A stretch of DNA of 64,000 bases from the human T2T-CHM13v2.0 reference genome, Homo sapiens. The position numbers were made by a program, and so were the translations under genes. The stretch is from the NCBI RefSeq assembly GCF_009914755.1, contig NC_060939.1. One strand, 5' to 3'. Every line of letters begins with the position of its first letter. Position 1 is the stretch's first letter. The notes below the pieces were generated by a model that did no database searches, was not told the origin of the DNA, and saw only the letters and a list, made by a program, of their open reading frames with translations. Shown here piece after piece: positions 56,701-64,000 of this stretch.

Positions 56701-59700
56701 TCCAGTCCATTCCTTTCGCGTCCATTCCATTCCATTTCACTCCATTCGATTCCATTCCACTCGATTCCACTTCGTTCCATTTCATTGCATTCCATTCTAT
56801 TCAACTCTATTGCCTTCCATTCCATTCCATTCGATTACATTCCATGCGATTCCATTCGAAATCGAATCAATTACATTGCAATCCATTACTATTGAGTCCA
56901 TTTTATTCCAGTCCACTGCATTCTGGTCCATTCCATTTGATTCCATTCCATTCTATTCCATTCCATACAGTTGCATTCCATTGGATTCCATTCTATATGT
57001 ATAAATTCAATTCGAGACCATTGCTTTTGAGTCCATTCTATATGATTCCATTCCATTCAAGTCCATTACATTTGGTTCAATTCCATTCCATTTCATTCCC
57101 TTCCGTTCCATTCCAGTTGATATCAATCCAATCGATTCCATTCCATTCGAGCACATTCCATTCGAGTCCATTCCATTCGATGCCATTCCATTTGATTCTA
57201 TTCCATTAGTCTCCATTCAATTCCATTAATCTCCATTCCATTCCATTCTACTCCAACTGATTCCATTCCATTCTATTCCTTTCCATTCCATTTCATTCCA
57301 TTCCATTCCATTTCATTCCATTCCATTCCATTCCATTCCATTCGCTTCCATTCCATTCGTGTCCATTCCATTCCAGTCCATTCCATTTGTGTCCACTGCA
57401 TTCCATTCCACTCCATTCCATATTATTCCATTACACTCCATTCCATTCTATTACTTTCATTTCCATTCAATTCCATTCCATTTGATTCCATTCCACTCGG
57501 TTTCATTCCATTTGAGTCCACTCCATTCCATTCCATTCCATTCCATTCAGTTCCATTCCATTCTGTTCCATTCCATTCCGTTCCATTACATTCCATTCCA
57601 TTCGGTACCATTCCATATTGTTCCATTCGATTCCATTCGAATCCATTCCATTCCAGTCCATTCCATTCGATTCCATTCCATTCATTTCAATTCCATTCCA
57701 TTCCATTCCATTCCATTCCACTTGATTCCTCTCCATTCCCTTCCACTGCATTCCGTTCGATTCCATTCCATTGCATTGCATTCCATTCCATTGGATTGCA
57801 TTCCATTCGATTCCATTCCATTCGAATCAATTACATAGCAATCCATTACATTCGAGTCTATTCTCTTCCGTTCCATTCGATTTCGTTCCAATCCATTCGA
57901 TTCCATTCCATTCGATTCCATTCCATACTATTGCATTCCATTCGATTACATTATATTCGAATAAGTTCCATTCAAGACCATTTCTTTTGAGTCCATTCTA
58001 TTTGAGTCCATTCCCTTTGATTCCATAACATTTGAGTCCATTCAATTCCATTCCTTTCGTTTCCATTCCATTTGATGCCATTCCATTCAATTCTGTTCTA
58101 CTCGACTCCAATACATTCAATTCCATTCCATCCGATTCCATTACATTCTTTTCATTTCTTATCCATTTCAAGCCATTCCACTCCATTCCATTCCACTCGT
58201 TTCCTTTCCATTCGAGTCCATTCCTCTCCAGTCCATTCCGTTCAATCCATTCCATTCCAGTCCATTCCATTCGAGTCCGTTCCATTCCAGTCCATTCCAT
58301 TCGAGTCAATTCCATTCCATTCGATGTCTTTCCATAACGATCCATTCCATTATATTCCTTTCGATTCCATTCCATTCTATTTCATTCCATTCGATTCCCT
58401 TCCATTGGACTCCTTTCCATTCGAGTGCATTCCATTCCTTTCCATTTCTTTCCGTTCTGTAGGATTCCTACCATTCGATTTCATTTTGTTCCAGTCCATT
58501 CCTTTCGCGCCCATTCCATTCCATTTCACTCCATTCGATTCCATTCCACTCGATTCCACTTCGTTCCATTTCATTGCATTCCATTCTATTCAACTCTATT
58601 GCCTTCCATTCCATTCCATTCGATTACATTCCATGCGATTCCATTCGAAATCGAATCAATTACATTGCAATCCATTACTATTGAGTCCGTTTTATTCCAG
58701 TCCACTGCATTCTGGTCCATTCCATTTGATTCCATTCCATTCTATTCCATTCCATACAGTTGCATTCCATTGGATTCCATGCTATATCTATAAATTCAAT
58801 TCGAGACCATTGCTTTTGAGTCCATTCTATATGATTCCATTCCATTCAAGTCCATTACATTTGGTTCAATTCCATTCCATTCCATTCCCTTCCATTCCAT
58901 TCCATTTGATATCAATCCATTCGATTCCATTCCATTCGAGCACATTCCATTCCACTCCATTCCATTCGAGTCCATTCCATTCGATGCCATTCCATTTGAT
59001 TCTATTCCATTAGTCTCCATTCAATTCCATTAATCTCCATTCCATTCCATTCTACTCCAACTGATTCCATTCCATTCTATTCCTTTCCATTCCATTCCAT
59101 TCCATTCCATTCCATTTCATTCCATTCCATTCCATTCGTGTCCATTCCACTCCAGTCCATTCCATTCGTGTCCATTCCATTCCAGTCCATTCCATTTGTG
59201 TCCACTGCATTCCATTCCACTCCATTCCATATTATTCCATTACACTCCATTCCATTCTATTACTTTCATTTCCATTCAATTCCATTCCATTTGATTCCAT
59301 TCCACTCGGTTTCATTCCATTTGAGTCCACTCCATTCCATTCCATTCCATTCCATTCAGTTCCATTCCATTCTGTTCCATTCCATTCCGTTCCATTACAT
59401 TCCATTCCATTCGGTACCATTCCATATTGTTCCATTCGATTCCATTCGAATCCATTCCATTCCAGTCCATTCCATTCGATTCCATTCCATTCATTTCAAT
59501 TCCATTCCATTCCATTCCATTCCATTCCACTTGATTCCTCTCCATTCCCTTCCACTGCATTCCGTTCGATTCCATTCCATTGCATTGCATTCCATTCCAT
59601 TGGATTGCATTCCATTCGATTCCATTCCATTCGAATCAATTACATAGCAATCCATTACATTCGAGTCTATTCTCTTCCGTTCCATTCGATTTCGTTCCAA

Positions 59701-62700
59701 TCCATTCGATTCCATTCCATTCGATTCCATTCCATACTATTGCATTCCATTCGATTGCATTATATTCGAATAAGTTCCATTCAAGACCATTTCTTTTGAG
59801 TCCATTCTATTTGAGTCCATTCCCTTTGATTCCATAACATTTGAGTCCATTCAATTCCATTCCTTTCGTTTCCATTCCATTTGATGCCATTCCATTCAAT
59901 TCTGTTCTACTCGACTCCAATACATTCAATTCCATTCCATCCGATTCCATTACATTCTTTTCATTTCTTATCCATTTCAAGCCATTCCACTCCATTCCAT
60001 TCCACTCGTTTCCTTTCCATTCGAGTCCATTCCTCTCCAGTCCATTCCGTTCAATCCATTCCATTCCAGTCCATTCCATTCGAGTCCGTTCCATTCCAGT
60101 CCATTCCATTCGAGTCAATTCCATTCCATTCGATGTCTTTCCATAACGATCCATTCCATTCTATTCCTTTCGATTCCATTCCATTCTATTTCATTCCATT
60201 CGATTCCCTTCCATTGGACTCCTTTCCATTCGAGTGCATTCCATTCCTTTCCATTTCTTTCCGTTCTGTACGATTCCTACCGTTCGATTTCATTTTGTTC
60301 AAGTCCATTCCTTTCGCGTCCATTCCATTCCATTTCACTCCATTCGATTCCATTCCACTCGATTCCACTTCGTTCCATTTCATTGCATTCCATTCTATTC
60401 AACTCTATTGCCTTCCATTCCATTCCATTCGATTACATTCCATGCGATTCCATTCGAAATCGAATCAATTACATTGCAATCCATTACTATTGAGTCCGTT
60501 TTATTCCAGTCCACTGCATTCTGGTCCATTCCATTTGATTCCATTCCATTCTATTCCATTCCATACAGTTGCATTCCATTGGATTCCATGCTATATCTAT
60601 AAATTCAATTCGAGACCATTGCTTTTGAGTCCATTCTATATGATTCCATTCCATTCAAGTCCATTACATTTGGTTCAATTCCATTCCATTCCATTCCCTT
60701 CCATTCCATTCCATTTGATATCAATCCATTCGATTCCATTCCATTCGAGCACATTCCATTCGAGTCCATTCCATTCGATGCCATTCCATGTGATTCTATT
60801 CCATTAGTCTCCATTCAATTCCATTAATCTCCATTCCATTCCATTCTACTCCAACTGATTCCATTTCATTCTATTCCTTTCCATTCCATTTCATTCCATT
60901 CCATTCCATTCGTGTCCATTCCACTCCAGTCCATTCCATTCGTGTCCATTCCATTCCAGTCCATTCCATTTGTGTCCACTGCATTCCATTCCACTCCATT
61001 CCATATTATTCCATTACACTCCATTCCATTCTATTACTTTCATTTCCATTCAATTCCATTCCATTTGATTCCATTCCACTCGGTTTCATTCCATTTGAGT
61101 CCACTCCATTCCATTCCATTCCATTCCATTCAGTTCCATTCCATTCTGTTCCATTCCATTCCGTTCCATTACATTCCATTCCATTCGGTACCATTCCATA
61201 TTGTTCCATTCGATTCCATTCGAATACATTCCATTCCAGTCCATTCCATTCGATTCCATTCCATTCATTTCAATTCCATTCCATTCCATTCCATTCCATT
61301 CCACTTGATTCCTCTCCATTCCCTTCCACTGCATTCCGTTCGATTCCATTCCATTGCATTGCATTCCATTCCATTGGATTGCATTCCATTCGATTCCATT
61401 CCATTCGAATCAATTACATAGCAATCCATTACATTCGAGTCTATTCTCTTCCGTTCCATTCGATTTCGTTCCAATCCATTCGATTCCATTCCATTCGATT
61501 CCATTCCATACTATTGCATTCCATTCGATTACATTATATTCGAATAAGTTCCATTCAAGACCATTTCTTTTGAGTCCATTCTATTTGAGTCCATTCCCTT
61601 TGATTCCATAACATTTGAGTCCATTCAATTCCATTCCTTTCGTTTCCATTCCATTTGATGCCATTCCATTCAATTCTGTTCTACTCGACTCCAATACATT
61701 CAATTCCATTCCATCCGATTCCATTACATTCTTTTCATTTCTTATCCATTTCAAGCCATTCCACTCCATTCCATTCCACTCGTTTCCTTTCCATTCGAGT
61801 CCATTCCTCTCCAGTCCATTCCGTTCAATCCATTCCATTCCAGTCCATTCCATTCGAGTCCGTTCCATTCCAGTCCATTCCATTCGAGTCAATTCCATTC
61901 CATTCGATGTCTTTCCATAACGATCCATTCCATTCTATTCCTTTCGATTCCATTCCATTCTATTTCATTCCATTCGATTCCCTTCCATTGGACTCCTTTC
62001 CATTCGAGTGCATTCCATTCCTTTCCATTTCTTTCCGTTCTGTACGATTCCTACCGTTCGATTTCATTTTGTTCCAGTCCATTCCTTTCGCGTCCATTCC
62101 ATTCCATTTCACTCCATTCGATTCCATTCCACTCGATTCCACTTCGTTCCATTTCATTGCATTCCATTCTATTCAACTCTATTGCCTTCCATTCCATTCC
62201 ATTCGATTACATTCCATGCGATTCCATTCGAAATCGAATCAATTACATTGCAATCCATTACTATTGAGTCCGTTTTATTCCAGTCCACTGCATTCTGGTC
62301 CATTCCATTTGATTCCATTCCATTCTATTCCATTCCATACAGTTGCATTCCATTGGATTCCATTCTATATCTATAAATTCAATTCGAGACCATTGCTTTT
62401 GAGTCCATTCTATATGATTCCATTCCATTCAAGTCCATTACATTTGGTTCAATTCCATTCCATTCCATTCCCTTCCATTCCATTCCAGTTGATATCAATC
62501 CATTCGATTCCATTCCATTCGAGCACATTCCATTCGAGTCCATTCCATTCGATGCCATTCCATTTGATTCTATTCCATTAGTCTCCATTCAATTCCATTA
62601 ATCTCCATTCCATTCCATTCTACTCCAACTGATTCCATTCCATTCTATTCCTTTCCATTCCATTTCATTCCATTCCATTCCATTTCATTCCATTCCATTC

Positions 62701-64000
62701 CATTCGTGTCCATTCCACTCCAGTCCATTCCATTCGTGTCCATTCCATTCCAGTCCATTCCATTTGTGTCCACTGCATTCCATTCCACTCCATTCCATAT
62801 TATTCCATTACACTCCATTCCATTCTATTACTTTCATTTCCATTCAATTCCATTCCATTTGATTCCATTCCACTCGGTTTCATTCCATTTGAGTCCACTC
62901 CATTCCATTCCATTCCATTCCATTCAGATCCATTCCATTCTGTTCCATTCCATTCCGTTCCATTACATTCCATTCCATTCGGTACCATTCCATATTGTTC
63001 CATTCGATTCCATTCGAATCCATTCCATTCCAGTCCATTCCATTCGATTCCATTCCATTCATTTCAATTCCATTCCATTCCATTACATTACATTCCACTT
63101 GATTCCTCTCCATTCCCTTCCACTGCATTCCGTTCGATTCCATTCCATTGCATTGCATTCCATTCCATTGGATTGCATTCCATTCGATTCCATTCCATTC
63201 GAATCAATTACATAGCAATCCATTACATTCGAGTCTATTCTCTTCCGTTCCATTCGATTTCGTTCCAATCCATTCGATTCCATTCCATTCGATTCCATTC
63301 CATACTATTGCATTCCATTCGATTACATTATATTCGAATAAGTTCCATTCAAGACCATTTCTTTTGAGTCCATTCTATTTGAGTCCATTCCCTTTGATTC
63401 CATAACATTTGAGTCCATTCAATTCCATTCCTTTCGTTTCCATTCCATTTGATGCCATTCCATTCAATTCTGTTCTACTCGACTCCAATACATTCAATTC
63501 CATTCCATCCGATTCCATTACATTCTTTTCATTTCTTATCCATTTCAAGCCATTCCACTCCATTCCATTCCACTCGTTTCCTTTCCATTCGAGTCCATTC
63601 CTCTCCAGTCCATTCCGTTCAATCCATTCCATTCCAGTCCATTCCATTCGAGTCCGTTCCATTCCAGTCCATTCCATTCGAGTCAATTCCATTCCATTCG
63701 ATGTCTTTCCATAACGATCCATTCCATTCTATTCCTTTCGATTCCATTCCATTCTATTTCATTCCATTCGATTCCCTTCCATTGGACTCCTTTCCATTCG
63801 AGTGCATTCCATTCCGTTCCATTTCTTTCCGTTCTGTACGATTCCTACCGTTCGATTTCATTTTGTTCCAGTCCATTCCTTTCGCGTCCATTCCATTCCA
63901 TTTCACTACATTCGATTCCATTCCATTCGATTCCATTCTACTCGATTCCACTTCGTTCCATTTCATTGCATTCCATTCTATTCAACTCTATTGCCTTCCA

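Larger units (their letters stand above)
1..64000 (+). repeat. Human satellite 3 (HSat3 / satellite III) array, degenerate (CATTC)n, C-rich strand on +
   Basis: Continuous CATTC pentamers with typical variants (CGATT, CGAGT, CAATT, TGATT, GCATT) from first to last base. It lacks the recurrent ATGAT-containing ~23-26 bp motif of HSat2. No GAATG-oriented segment appears on the + strand. Confidence 0.97.
1..64000 (+). repeat. About 36 tandem copies of a 1,794-bp unit with one KpnI site each; probably D15Z1 (chr15p 1.8-kb KpnI satellite III)
   Basis: GAAATCGAATCAATTAC recurs at 1, 1795, 3589 and onward. GGTACC occurs at 752, 2546, 4340, 6134, 7928, 9722, 11516, 13310, 15104 and 16898, spacing exactly 1,794. 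ORF-track coordinates repeat with the same period. The D15Z1 assignment rests on the known 1.8-kb KpnI periodicity of chr15 satellite III, not on an alignment; related arrays on other acrocentric chromosomes cannot be excluded. Confidence 0.8.

Noticed and set aside
35-63966. Hundreds of ORFs, including the recurring 308-aa (HSIPF-rich) and 115-aa (MEWNG-rich) frames
   Set aside because: (CATTC)n and (GAATG)n contain no stop codons and translate to HSIPF / MEWNG repeats in every frame. ORFs overlap in multiple frames on both strands, many start at TTG or GTG, recur with the satellite period, and are freely broken by stops or frameshifts (e.g. 29731, 33322, 35155). No domain or coding signal is evident.
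1-64000. CRISPR-like repeat/spacer array or other prokaryotic system
   Set aside because: There are no constant repeats separated by unique spacers and no cas or other genes. All sequence is satellite.
1-64000. HSat2 (chr1 ~1.77-kb unit) or Y-chromosome DYZ1
   Set aside because: I saw no recurrent CATTCGATGAT-type HSat2 motif and no EcoRI GAATTC. The period is 1,794 rather than ~3,564, and I saw no HaeIII GGCC site.
1-64000. Embedded transposon (Alu/L1), inversion or unique island
   Set aside because: No poly-A tail, GC-rich segment, target-site duplication or strand switch was seen. All unit-length deviations are explained by internal indels.

Overview
The whole 64 kb window is one uninterrupted, single-orientation array of human-type classical satellite 3 (HSat3): degenerate (CATTC)n on the + strand, (GAATG)n on the - strand. 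It is organised as about 36 tandem copies of a 1,794-bp unit, each with one KpnI site. This matches the known 1.8-kb KpnI satellite III repeat D15Z1 of chromosome 15p (inferred, not aligned). I see no genes, RNA genes, transposons, inversions or CRISPR arrays, and every listed ORF is an artefact of translating a pentamer that lacks stop codons. I found no new biological system. The notable signal is nested repeat architecture: 5-mer, a diverged half-unit (965+829 bp), the 1,794-bp unit, a 2-unit alternation, a 3-unit (5,382 bp) duplication and a 7-unit (about 12.66 kb) duplication overlying older 7-unit periodicity. There is also a 745-bp deletion unit, a 105-bp internal duplication, and indels that almost always preserve the 5-bp register. 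All comparisons were made by eye and from ORF-track coordinates.
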